Assembly (NCBI GenBank): GCA_024704765.1
Contig: JAKMXF010000210.1
Coordinates: 558,001-622,000, forward strand
DNA: 64,000 bases
Direction: 5' to 3'
Source: Oopsacas minuta
Taxonomy: Eukaryota > Animalia > Porifera
Shown in pieces: positions 1 through 11,233 of this stretch. Made by a program: the position numbers and the translations under genes. Every line of letters starts with the position of its first letter. Position 1 is the first letter of the stretch. The notes beneath the pieces were generated by a model that ran no database searches, was not told the origin of the DNA, and saw only the letters and a list, made by a program, of their open reading frames with translations.

Positions 1-35
1 CTATGGTATATTATTATTATTATTATTATATGTAG

Positions 36-3000
36 GTACGAGATCCTTCTACCCTCTATACCTACAATCTGTCACCACTCAGTGATGCTGTATACAGTCT
101 TGTGTCAAACTCTTATACATACAGACTGTCTATATGTTCAGCTCTCGGAGACTCTGTTAGCAGTGAGTGTACTGCAGCAGGAGCTTGTCAGACCAAGGGC
201 ACTACTTCTCACTCATTAGGAGGACCTAACTCAACTCTAACCTTTGCTAATGGGAGTCTTCAAATGAGTTATGAGGGGGGAGACACATGCAGTGGAGGTG
301 TAAAGAGGATGACACTTGTATCATTTACATGTGACCTCAATACCACTGGGATTAAAGAGGCAGGTTGTGTATAGCTAACGTATCCATGGTGTTTATACGG
401 TCTTTACAGGTAGAAGACCCAGAGGTTTCACATTGTTCTTATTTCTTCATTTTCTATACTGACAAAGCCTGCCCTTTCGAATACTTATTTGTTGACTGTT
501 CTTACACAGATACAAGCGGACACACATTTGACTTATCACCTCTCATCAGACAGTTTGATAACTGGAATGGCACAGTCACTAGTGGTATAACATCTGCTTT
601 TTCGAGTGCTAAGTTCTATTTGAATGTATGTCGACCTGTAACTAATATCCCAGGCTGTCATCCCTTGAGTTCTGCTTGTATGAGCATACAAGTTGGAGAA
701 GATATGAAATGGGTGAGTACTGGATATGATAAGAAATCAACTTCTTATATATTGTATTATATGATTTTCTTAGGCCAGCATTGGTAAGCCTAAGACAGGC
801 TTGAAGCCACTAGCGGGTAATGTTCATAACGGACTGAGAATTCTATACACAGAAGATGAGCCTCTAGATCTTGCTGGGGTGTGTGACGTTACCAAACCAC
901 AGACTGGAATTACGTTTTTGTGTCCGAAGAGCAGTGAAACTTCTAAACTTGATTATCCACGGTTGATTGGGGTGGATATCAGTGGATGTATATTCGAATT
1001 TGAGTGGTACACAAAGCTAGCCTGTACTGAAACAGGAACACCTGTGTCTACTCCATGTGCTTTCCAGGACCCTGTTAGTGGATTTGTATTCTCTTTATTG
1101 TCTCTAGAAGGTACAACACCAGTGAAATATGATGGTGAGTTATTTTATACAATAAAACATCATAGAAATGCCGTGAGCACTTGAATACTTGAAGCAAAGT
1201 TTCGCGAAGTTTCGTACCTGAAAGGATATGCGCAAGGGTGCTTATTCAGTCAGAAAATTAGCCACGTATGCTCGTGAATTACTTAATTAACTTTTGCTGT
1301 AAAATTGCGCAAAAAAAATGCCCACGACAGGGATCGAACCTATGACATTCGGCTTATTAGACCGACGCTCTAACCAACTGAGCTACGTAGACAAATATTA
1401 TATTTTAATTCTAATTCAAAACTTTGTTAGTTGTCTTTCCAGTTCATCTAGACAAAAAGACTGCCCCCGACAGGGCTCGAACCTGTGACCTTGGGCTTAT
1501 TAGACCCACGCTCTAACCGACTGAGCTACGAGGGCAGATAATATTCCTTTCCAATTCACCAATTTTTATATCATGTTACAATTACACCCTTTCTATAGAG
1601 AATACAAACGCTGACTCTCCTTTCTTCTACCTATCTATATGCTCTACTATTGACTCAGATCTCCTTCAATCTTCTATAAACCCAAAGTCTGGGGCTGTTC
1701 TTCTTTACCCAAATACTGTATCTGATGCTAAGAACTCGAGTTTAGGAGAAGCTAACTCAAACCTGTTGTACAGTGATAGTGAGCTAATACAGCTCAGATA
1801 CATTGAAGGAAGTGCATGTTCAAGTGGCAAGGTTATGTATTAATGTTCACTTCCTTCATGAATACAATTGTTATTATTCTTATCGTTTTTCAGAAATCAA
1901 CTCTAATCACCTTTGTGTGTTCACATCTTATAGCCTCGAGTGTGTCTTACATTAGCTCTCTGCCATCAGATGACACCTGTCTATTTGAGTTTGAATACAA
2001 GACAATCCTTGCTTGTCCTCCCATCACAACAGAATGTGTCATAACTTCTAATGATGGACAATTGTATGATCTTACCAGACTGAAGCAACTCTCTGGGACC
2101 GGGTTCCCTGTCTATATTTCTGGCCAGTATAGCGATATACCTCAATTATCTTCTCTACGAATTTCGGTGAGCAATGTTTAGCATACTACCGTTAGATATT
2201 CTACAATAGTTACGAGTGTATGCATTAGATATGTCAACCATTGGAAGCTGGTAGTACCGAAACATGTACTAATGGATCTGCATCTTGTCTGAGCTATGAC
2301 AATCATATATTCGATCTGGGACATGTAACAGGAGACCTACAGCTGAGTCAGCAGGGAGAACTCCAGCTGATATACTCAGGAGGTACAGGTTGTAGTAAGA
2401 GCGCGCTTACAGTGATAACTTTTCGGTGTGATCGTAGTGTTGGAGTTGGACAGCCTCTTCTTAGTCTACATAGGAACACGAGTGGGTCTTGTTACTATGA
2501 TATTGTTTGGGACTCTGAGTATGCTTGTGCAGTATTACCCAGTGAGGAATCTAACTGTGCTGTGACAGATACAGATTCAGGTATTATACAAATATTATAG
2601 AATGTTGTGAGGTGATGATCTAAATACTTTTTCGGATTCTATATACATACTCTGAACTTATAAATATTTTCCATTAACCTGTCAAGGTAATTGAGTTATT
2701 CATTACTACTATACTGGCTTGAAACCTGTTATCTTTAGATATGTTATTACAAGATTTTACAACATCCTCTTATCTTACATATTCTTCTAGGATTTGTATA
2801 TAACTTTACAAGTTTGAGTAAATTACCAGATATACACATACAACCTGACTCTACAGTTACCTCAGATGATTACAGCTTCACTATCTCTATTTGTCGTCCT
2901 ATAACATCATCATGTGGAGATGGTAGTGCTCATGCAGGAGCTTGTCAATATTCTGATAACACCCAGCATGTTACAGGTAAGATAACCTTATTACCATGAC

Positions 3001-6000
3001 AGATATAGAATTATATTTGTGTTATTATGTAGGATTATATAGCTCTACACTTATACTGAGTGATGGAGAAGTTCAGCTGGTATATTCTGGGGGTCAAGCA
3101 TGTCATAGTAACAATGTTAACAGAACAACAATAATACGTTTCTATTGTGACAAGACAGCAACTTCTCCTCGAGCTGTAGTACTACCTGAATTGACACATT
3201 GTCTCTATGAAATTATGCTATATACTAATCTAGCTTGTCCTCCTAGCCAACCTACGTTCAAATGCAATGCTAACAATCCTGATAACGGAAACACTTACGA
3301 TCTGTCTAGCTTACAACACAAAGCTTATTTTGAAGTATACTCTACAGATAGTATTGTGTACTACTTTAGTGTTTGTAACCTTCTACCTTCTCAATATGGT
3401 AATAAGGGTGTACACTGTGTTACTGGTTCTAGCTTCTGTGTGTTACATAAGAACAGCAATAATGTGAGTATTTACTAAGTAGACTGTATCGTTAATAGAA
3501 TGATGGTTACTAGTTTGTATTGTAGATATGGAAAGCTACTAATCTCGGTACAATGACACACTCCCCTTACCTACTACGGGATAATCTTCTCCTACTCTCC
3601 TACTCAACTGAGGATGCGAAATATAACACTACCGTGGGATTAGAGTGTTCTGAAGAGTCACAATCGGTTACAGATCCAATTCTTGTTTATCATAGTGCTG
3701 ACTTTTCTACGAATATATTCTCATGGCTAACGCTAGCAGCTTGTCAGAGCGAGGCATCTGACAGCTGTCAAGTTGTGCAATACAGCACTGGATTTACTAT
3801 AGACTTAGACAGCTTCAAAGCAGTTAGTATTCAGTCTCAATCTAATGACGTAGGAGATAAGTTAGCTATTTCTCTTTGTGGTGCTCTAACAGATCCTAGC
3901 TTAGGAGATTGCTATAGTAATAACAATACTGCAGTGTGTTACTCAAAGGGTAGCGATCACTATCCTATTGCTACCTCTAATACTTCTAAATGGTTCTACG
4001 GAGATGAAATAGTAGTTTCTTATTATAATGGATTTAACTGTTTGGACCAATCTTCTCCATTCAAGAGCTCTGTAGAGCTTACGTTACAATGTGGTGATAG
4101 TGAAAGCCAATCATTCGTAGAGCCTTCTAATGAGTGTGTGTATCAGGTTCTATGGCAGAGTCCTCTGTTATGTCAGTATCAAGTTGAATGCAGTGTTACA
4201 CATAACGGATATGATTACGATCTGAATTGGCTGAAAGCATATGATAGCAATTGGAGAGTTAGTTTGTCTGATAAAAAATTTCTTATTAACGTGTGTCACA
4301 ATCTATTGCCAGAAGAAACACAAACTTGTGACAGTACAGCTGCTATTTGCATGATTAGTGGTAATCATGCAGTTAATTTAGGTCAGGTTACTAATGGGCC
4401 TCAGTATGTTAGTGAAGGAGCCCTTCAGATTGAGTATAAGAATGGAGATGAGTGTGGAGATGGGACATACAGTTCTACTATTCAGTTTAATTGCCAGAAA
4501 GGAGCTGATTTAGAAGATTATATCACTCAATCAGTGAATGTAAGTTTATGCTAACACTATTTATTAAATACGTTTATTATATCTTCTTCTTGTTATAGGG
4601 GTGTCACTATATGTTCATCTGGGATACACACGTGGCTTGTGAAGATGCTGGAGGTACTATTATTGGTAAATGTGAGATAGAAGACACAGTAACAGGAGAT
4701 GTATATGATCTTAAACCTATTTTTGATGTAGGGATAATTAATGTCACTATTGAACCATTATTACAGATTATTGCTTGTCAAACTATAAAAAGGTGTGGAG
4801 GAGCGGTATGTTATGACAATTCTATTAGCTATGGTAAATATACTGATTCTAGTCTCAAGTTAGTGAATCATGTCCCTACACTTGAGTACAAGGATGGTAG
4901 TCCTTGTGGTAACAGCAAGTACAAGTCTAACATAGAATTTATTTGTAACAAGAGTGCAATAGATCACAAGTATGTAGAGCATTTGCCAATAGACGGTTGT
5001 ATACACTATTTTTTATGGCATACTCCATTAGCTTGTGCTTCTACTGTCACTGAGTGTAAACTGACAGTTGACAACCGTATAGTTGATATTACAGATTTGA
5101 ATAGGAAATTTGGTGCTTGGGAGGTTGACGTGAAAGGTGATAAGTTATACTTTAATCCTTGCGCTGGTATGAGTTCTTTCTTGATTAACACAAATCTGAA
5201 GAGTGAATCTTGTTCCTCTGACTCTCTTGCTTGTCTTCTATCGAAAGAAACTTTGCAAGAAGTAGGAGCTCTGGACACAGCTGTTCTTAAACTCAGTATA
5301 GATGGAAAATATCCTATAGAAACAGCTCGTAGCCAAACTAAATGTATTCTTGATAAATCTAAAACAAAGTCAATTCAAATACTCTTCTATCCAGGCTCTG
5401 CTATGATAGAAACTCCTGTATTCCAGGGTCTCCATCGTACAACTAGCTCATGTGTGATTAGTATTGTATTCAGTACTTCTCTAGTCGGAGAATCTTCTCC
5501 TATCAATGAACATAATGAACTTATAACCACAGAGACACCAGGAACATGTCATAATGTACTTGTGAAGCTGAATAAAAATAAGGATTATCACATAAGTAGT
5601 GATTTGAATGGAGAAACTCTTGATTTCTACGTAAATTTCTGTTCACATACAAGTGTGGAAGGTTGCAAAGAAGGTACAGTGTGTCTCATAAGGACTCAAG
5701 GTAGTAAAAAATCCGATCCAATTGCTCTCAGTTCTTATAAAAAACAGAGAATAAATGCTGTTAATAATTCTTATATAGAATTAATCATTAGTTCTGTTAA
5801 CAAGTCATGTCCATTTACAAATAAACACATCCTTACAGTATTCTATATATCTTGTTCTTCCCACTATACCGCAGTGAGTATTGAATTCGAATTCACTTCT
5901 CCTACAGGCTGTCTCTATGTATTCAATGTGTTAGCGCCTTCATCAGTTTGTCTTTCATACGAACCTACTGATGCGCCTCCTGGAGAATCTATAAATAGCG

Positions 6001-6371
6001 CTGGTAAGACTGCTGTCGTGTTTATTGTAGTCCTGATTGTTTGTTTGTTAGGGATATTCCTTGCTATCCTAATCACACTCTGCTTCTATAAGCGCTCTAC
6101 CAAGGGCGATCGCATGTTCTACAAGCTTAGAGCTTATCTCTCTCGTGTACCAGACGTACAGTTTAGATTCCAGAAGGTTGACGGATCTGAAATGGGTCAT
6201 TTGATTACTAATATGAGTGGGAGTGAGTCTGAGGATGAAACTGTATCTGAGATTGGACCTGTGGGTACAAGAATTGAGCCTGCTGGGTTGGACAAGTTTT
6301 CTATTTCTGATCCTCCTGCTGGAAAAGAGGGAGGAGATGGTTCTGAAGATGAAGATTTTATTAAACTCTGA
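36..6371 (+). CDS. IGF2R: Cation-independent mannose-6-phosphate receptor (IGF2R-like), 5'-partial, 10 exons in window
   Basis: Repeated Cys-patterned MRH/CIMR domains (e.g. C.Y.F.W.T..AC, C.V......YDL..L), one TM helix and an acidic tail ending SEDEDFIKL. Exons joined in frame by hand: 36-359, 410-712, 774-1134, 1599-1831, 1894-2166, 2229-2580, 2791-2976, 3033-3463, 3526-4539, 4599-6371. Confidence 0.88.
1319..1392 (-). tRNA. tRNA-Ile(AAT), copy 1
   Basis: Reverse complement folds into a cloverleaf: GTCTACG TA GCTC AGTTGGTTA GAGC G TCGGT CTAATAA GCCGA ATGTC ATAGG TTCGATC CCTGT CGTGGGC A. A T8 Pol III terminator follows (1311-1318). Confidence 0.93.
1462..1535 (-). tRNA. tRNA-Ile(AAT), copy 2
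   Basis: Cloverleaf GCCCTCG TA GCTC AGTCGGTTA GAGC G TGGGT CTAATAA GCCCA AGGTC ACAGG TTCGAGC CCTGT CGGGGGC A, with a T5 terminator just downstream. Confidence 0.95.
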
Positions 6372-6544
6372 TAATTATTTTCATAACATTAGCTAATAAT
6401 TCTTGCAGGGGTTGAGTAATATTTGTCTATATGTCTAGTGGATCAATATACACGTCATGTGAATTTATATATCTTCATACGGGATTACGTATATATTAAT
6501 TATAGCTTATTCTCGTAAATTTCATATTTTGACCTTATATCTTC

Positions 6545-7780
6545 ATGCTAGCCGAAATATACCTTTATACTATACATCGAGAGGTTGTCATGTCCTTAAC
6601 TTTGAAGCAAATTTGTCAAATCTATTATATTGCTTTCCTCCTATCTTATTCTATGAGAGTTTCCTGTGAATTCATCCCCCCATCTAATCAGATATGTATG
6701 GACGAATCTATTACTTTTGATTGTTTACTTACTGGAACTTTTCCAACTGTACAATTATTTGTCCTCAATAATACAACAATCAATTTATTTCAATTAAATA
6801 ATATTGATAGTTTCTTCGGGATAGATCTAACCCGTCTAAGTGCTACAGTTGATAATACTCTAGATCAGAATACAGGTCTGTACACATTACTCCGTGCTAA
6901 CATTACACTTGTAAATATTACAAAGGGAGATAATGGTACACTGATAGGATGTACTGCAACTACTTCTGGTAATGTTTTACTGGAAGATTCAGATACTCTT
7001 TATCTAGCTTCTCCTCCTTCTGAACTTGACATTATATTATCCCCTATACCCTCTAATTGTAGTGTTAAAGTATCATGGACTTATCCTATACAGTCTACTC
7101 TACCTATAACTGAAGAGATTACAGATTCTGTTACTAACATTATTACTTATGATCGGGTATATTTCTCGAACTTCCTAACAGCTGGACAAGATTATACTTA
7201 CACTTTAACTACCAGCAACTGTTTAGGAGACTCTATAACAGCTGATACTCAGCTGTTCTCTCTTCCTTCTCAACCTGATGCTTACACCTGTTCTGCTAAA
7301 TATGGGTCTGAAAATAGAATACTAGTTTTACAGCTGTTTGGCTATACTTCTGAGTATGCTATTGAGACTAGTTTTACATTATCTGAAGACAGTGATAATA
7401 CCATTAATTTGTCTGATACTTTTACTGAACCACGTTACTATTCTAAACAGATGTTTAATCTACCATCAACAAGAAACTATACAGTTATGTTTACATCTAT
7501 ATTGAGAGATTGTATTAGATCCCTGCAAACAACTTGTGAAACCAAACTTAATATTACTGCTAGAGTTACACCAAATCCCTCCCCTCCTCCCTTAACGAAT
7601 ACATTCGTAACCACCAGTCCTTCCACATGTAATTATATTCTCAATACCAATGACTTTAGTATATTTAATGCAATGTTCTGGGTTAGTATCATTGGGTCGA
7701 TTTTGCTGTGTTTCCTCAATATTACCGTTTGTATTAGTTTTATTTTAATCTGTCTGAACCAATTTAGACTGGTGTTTTGA
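6545..7780 (+). CDS. Ig-like + FN3-like single-pass membrane protein, paralogue 1 (essentially no cytoplasmic tail)
   Basis: Hydrophobic leader (start may be Met at 6590), Ig-like domain (C...DNGTLIGC), FN3 signature (VSW...LTAGQDYTYTL..SNCLG), Pro/Thr stalk, TM, then a stop about 7 residues later. Confidence 0.8.
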   Translation: MLAEIYLYTIHREVVMSLTLKQICQIYYIAFLLSYSMRVSCEFIPPSNQICMDESITFDCLLTGTFPTVQLFVLNNTTINLFQLNNIDSFFGIDLTRLSATVDNTLDQNTGLYTLLRANITLVNITKGDNGTLIGCTATTSGNVLLEDSDTLYLASPPSELDIILSPIPSNCSVKVSWTYPIQSTLPITEEITDSVTNIITYDRVYFSNFLTAGQDYTYTLTTSNCLGDSITADTQLFSLPSQPDAYTCSAKYGSENRILVLQLFGYTSEYAIETSFTLSEDSDNTINLSDTFTEPRYYSKQMFNLPSTRNYTVMFTSILRDCIRSLQTTCETKLNITARVTPNPSPPPLTNTFVTTSPSTCNYILNTNDFSIFNAMFWVSIIGSILLCFLNITVCISFILICLNQFRLVF

Positions 7781-7887
7781 TACGTTTGTATATTTTGAGC
7801 ATTTTAAAGCTATCTTTGTATTATAATTTCAGCTAATCAATTGAATTGAATATATTTAATGAGTGACTTATATATTTAGCTTTTCCA

Positions 7888-9237
7888 ATGAATAACCTAC
7901 TCTTACTTCTACTCTTATTATCCCTCTTGCTATGTTATATGAGAGTTTCCTGTGAATTCATCCCTCCATCTAATCAGATATGTATGGACGAATCTATTAC
8001 TTTTGATTGTTTACTTCCTGGAACTTTTCCAACTATACAATTATTTGTCATCAATAATACAACAGTCAATTTATTTCAAATAAATAATATTGATAGTTTC
8101 TTCGGGATAGATCTAACCCGTCTAAGTGCTACAGTTGATAATGCTCTAGATCAGAATACAGGTCTGTACACAGTACTCCGTGCTAACATTACACTTGTAA
8201 ATATTACAAAGGGAGATAATGGTACACTGATAGGATGTACTGCAACTACTTCTGGTAATGTTTTACTGGAAGATTCAGATACTCTTTATCTAGCTTCTCC
8301 TCCTTCTGAACCTGACATTATATTATCCCCTATACCCTCTAATTGTAGTGTTAAAGTATCATGGACTTATCCTATACAGTCTACTCTACCTATAACTGAA
8401 GAGATTACAGATTCTGTTACTAACATTATTACTTATGATCGGGTATATTTCTCGAACTTCCTAACAGCTGGACAAGATTATACTTACACTTTAACTTCCA
8501 GCAACTGTTTAGGAGACTCTATAACAGCTGATACTCAGCTGTTCTCTCTTCCTTCTCAACCTGATGCTTACACCTGTTCTGCTGAATATGGGTCTGAAAA
8601 TAGAATGCTAGTTTTACAGCTGTTGGGCTATACTTCTGAGTATGCTATTGAGACTAGTTTTACTTTATCTGAAGACAGTGATAATACCACTAATTTGTCT
8701 GATACTTTTACTGAACCACGTTACTATTCTAAACAGATGTTTGATCTACCATCAACAAGAAACTATACAGTTGTGTTTACATCTGTATTGAGAGATTGTA
8801 TTGGATCCCTGCAAACAACTTGTGAAGCCAAACTTATTATTACTGGTATAGTTACACCAACTTCCCCCCCTATTCCAACACCTACTCCCTCCATGACTAT
8901 TCCAACTCAGAGTCCACAGGATTACCTAGTATACATCATAATAGCAGTAGTTCTCTTCCTACTGTTATTATTCCTATCTTTTGTTATAATCTTGCTTACT
9001 TGTCTACTAAACAGAGGGAAAATATTCAGAAATAGAACTTCTCCTCAGAATGCTAAGGGTTTTTCTAAGCGGGTTGCAGCTCCCGCGAAAATCTCTGATT
9101 CAAATGAAAACGGGGATGAGCTAAATTACCTAAAACCAGAATTTGGTTCCAATCCTAAGAAACCTAATGCTCCTATCCCTAAGACTCTGTATGCAGATAT
9201 TAAGCATATGCCTTCTGACTACGCTACCCTACAGTAG
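7888..9237 (+). CDS. Ig-like + FN3-like receptor, paralogue 2, with ITSM/ITIM-like cytoplasmic tail
   Basis: Signal peptide MNNLLLLLLLLSLLLCY, the same ectodomain, TM YIIIAVVLFLLLLFLSFVIILLTCLL, and a tail of about 75 aa with LNYLKP, TLYADI and SDYATL. Confidence 0.88.
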   Translation: MNNLLLLLLLLSLLLCYMRVSCEFIPPSNQICMDESITFDCLLPGTFPTIQLFVINNTTVNLFQINNIDSFFGIDLTRLSATVDNALDQNTGLYTVLRANITLVNITKGDNGTLIGCTATTSGNVLLEDSDTLYLASPPSEPDIILSPIPSNCSVKVSWTYPIQSTLPITEEITDSVTNIITYDRVYFSNFLTAGQDYTYTLTSSNCLGDSITADTQLFSLPSQPDAYTCSAEYGSENRMLVLQLLGYTSEYAIETSFTLSEDSDNTTNLSDTFTEPRYYSKQMFDLPSTRNYTVVFTSVLRDCIGSLQTTCEAKLIITGIVTPTSPPIPTPTPSMTIPTQSPQDYLVYIIIAVVLFLLLLFLSFVIILLTCLLNRGKIFRNRTSPQNAKGFSKRVAAPAKISDSNENGDELNYLKPEFGSNPKKPNAPIPKTLYADIKHMPSDYATLQ

Positions 9238-9546
9238 TTATGCCTTTGTACTTGTTAGTGGTTTTATTCTTATCTAAGGTATTAATTCAGCTTAAATCTA
9301 ATCCTGCTGGTATGACCTATTAGTAATTATCCTCCCCCTTCTCTACTAAATGGATTTATATTGAATTGTTTATTTCTTTACTTTCTTTGTATAATATCTA
9401 GTGAACTGTTTACCTTATATAACTTGTATGTATAGGATATGTAGTATTTGTTTGTTGTTTTGTTTACTTTATAATAATCATACTATCCAGAATTATTTGC
9501 ACAACCAAACAATTCATATCTTCGTTCATTTTCTTACTAGTTAGCT

Positions 9547-9650
9547 ATGGCTAGCACTACATGTCCACATGTAACTAACCAAGGTCTAGAGATGGATCTT
9601 GGTAACTTATCGGCTACTGACATAGATTTCCATCTAACTAATGAGGGAGG
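9547..9650 (+). pseudogene. RRS1: Duplicated 5' fragment of RRS1 (about 35 codons) at the duplication junction
   Basis: Matches 11234-11337, then switches abruptly to the sequence of 7706 onward. Confidence 0.9.
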
Positions 9651-9831
9651 CTGTGTTTCCTCAATATTACCGTTTGTATTAGTTTTATTTTAATCTGTCT
9701 GAACCAATTTAGACTCGTGTTTTGATACGTTTGTATATTTTGAGCATTTTAAAGCTATCTTTGTATTATAATTTTAGCTAATCAATTGAATTGAATATAT
9801 TTATGACTGATTTATTTATTTAGCTATTCAA

Positions 9832-10800
9832 ATGAATAACTTACTCTTACTTCTACTCTTATTATCCCTCTTGCTATGTTATATGAGAGTTTCCTGTGAA
9901 TTCATCCCTCCATCTAATCAGATATGTATGGACGAATCTATTACTTTTGATTGTTTACTTCCTGGAACTTTTCTGCTTGTACAAGTATTTATCGTCAATT
10001 CTACACTAGTCAATTTATTTCAAATAAATAATATTGATAGTTTCTTCGGGATAGATCTAACCCGTCTAAGTGCTACAGTTGATAATACTCTAGATCAGAA
10101 TACAGGTCTGTACACAGTACTCCGTGCTAACATTACACTTATTGATATTACCAAGGAAGATAATGGTACACTGATAGGATGTCAAGCGACTAATTCTGAT
10201 AATGATTTAATTGAAGTTTCAGATACTCTTTATCTAGCTTCTCCTCCTGAACTTGACATTATATTATCCCCTATACCCTCTAATTGTAGTGTTAAAGTAT
10301 CATGGACTTATCCTATACAGTCCACTCTACCTATAACTGAAGAGATTACAGATTCTGTTACTAACATTATTACTTATGATCGGGTATATTTCTCGAACTT
10401 CCTAACAGCTGGACAAGATTATACTTACACTTTAACTTCCAGCAACTGTTTAGGAGACTCTATAACAGCTGATACTCAGCTGTTCTCTCTTCCTTCTCAA
10501 CCTGATGCTTACACCTGTTCTGCTGAATATGGGTCTGAAAATAGAATGCTAGTTTTACAGCTGTTGGGCTATACTTCTGAGTATGCTATTGAGACTAGTT
10601 TTACTTTATCTGAAGACAGTGATAATACCACTAATTTGTCTGATACTTTTACTGAACCACGTTACTATTCTAAACAGATGTTTGATCTACCATCAACAAG
10701 AAACTATACAGTTGTGTTTACATCTATATTGAGAAATTGTATTGGATCCCTGCAAACAACTTGTGAAACCAAACTTAATATTACTGCTTTAGTTCTATGA
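9832..10800 (+). CDS. Ig-like + FN3-like protein, paralogue 3, stops before the TM (secreted form or pseudogene)
   Basis: Signal peptide and full ectodomain. TGA at 10798-10800 precedes the stalk, and the downstream TM/tail region is mostly deleted. Confidence 0.7.
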   Translation: MNNLLLLLLLLSLLLCYMRVSCEFIPPSNQICMDESITFDCLLPGTFLLVQVFIVNSTLVNLFQINNIDSFFGIDLTRLSATVDNTLDQNTGLYTVLRANITLIDITKEDNGTLIGCQATNSDNDLIEVSDTLYLASPPELDIILSPIPSNCSVKVSWTYPIQSTLPITEEITDSVTNIITYDRVYFSNFLTAGQDYTYTLTSSNCLGDSITADTQLFSLPSQPDAYTCSAEYGSENRMLVLQLLGYTSEYAIETSFTLSEDSDNTTNLSDTFTEPRYYSKQMFDLPSTRNYTVVFTSILRNCIGSLQTTCETKLNITALVL

Positions 10801-11233
10801 ACTCCCTCCCTTACCTCCATGACTACAAACACAGGTTTACCACCTCAGAGTCTACCGTATTACCTAACATACATCATAATAGCAGTAGTACTCTATGCCT
10901 TCTGACTACGCTACCCTACAGTAGTTATGCCTTTGTACTTGTTAGTGGTTTTATTCTTATCTAAGGTATTAATTCAGCTTAAATCTAATCCTGCTGGTAT
11001 AACCTATTAGTAATTATCCTCCCCCTTCTCTACTAAATGGATTTATATTGAATTGTTTATTTCTTTACTTTCTTTGTATAATATCTAGTGAACTGTTTAC
11101 CTTATATAACTTGTATGTATAGGATATGTAGTATTTGTTTGTTGTTTTGTTTACTTTATAATAATCATACTATCCAGGATTATTTGCACAACCAAACAAT
11201 TCATATCTTCGTTCATTTTCTTACTAGTTAGCT

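Noticed and set aside
1185-1310. CpG-richer segment in the M6PR intron next to the tRNAs
   Set aside because: No TIRs, TSD or fold identified, so it cannot be called an element.
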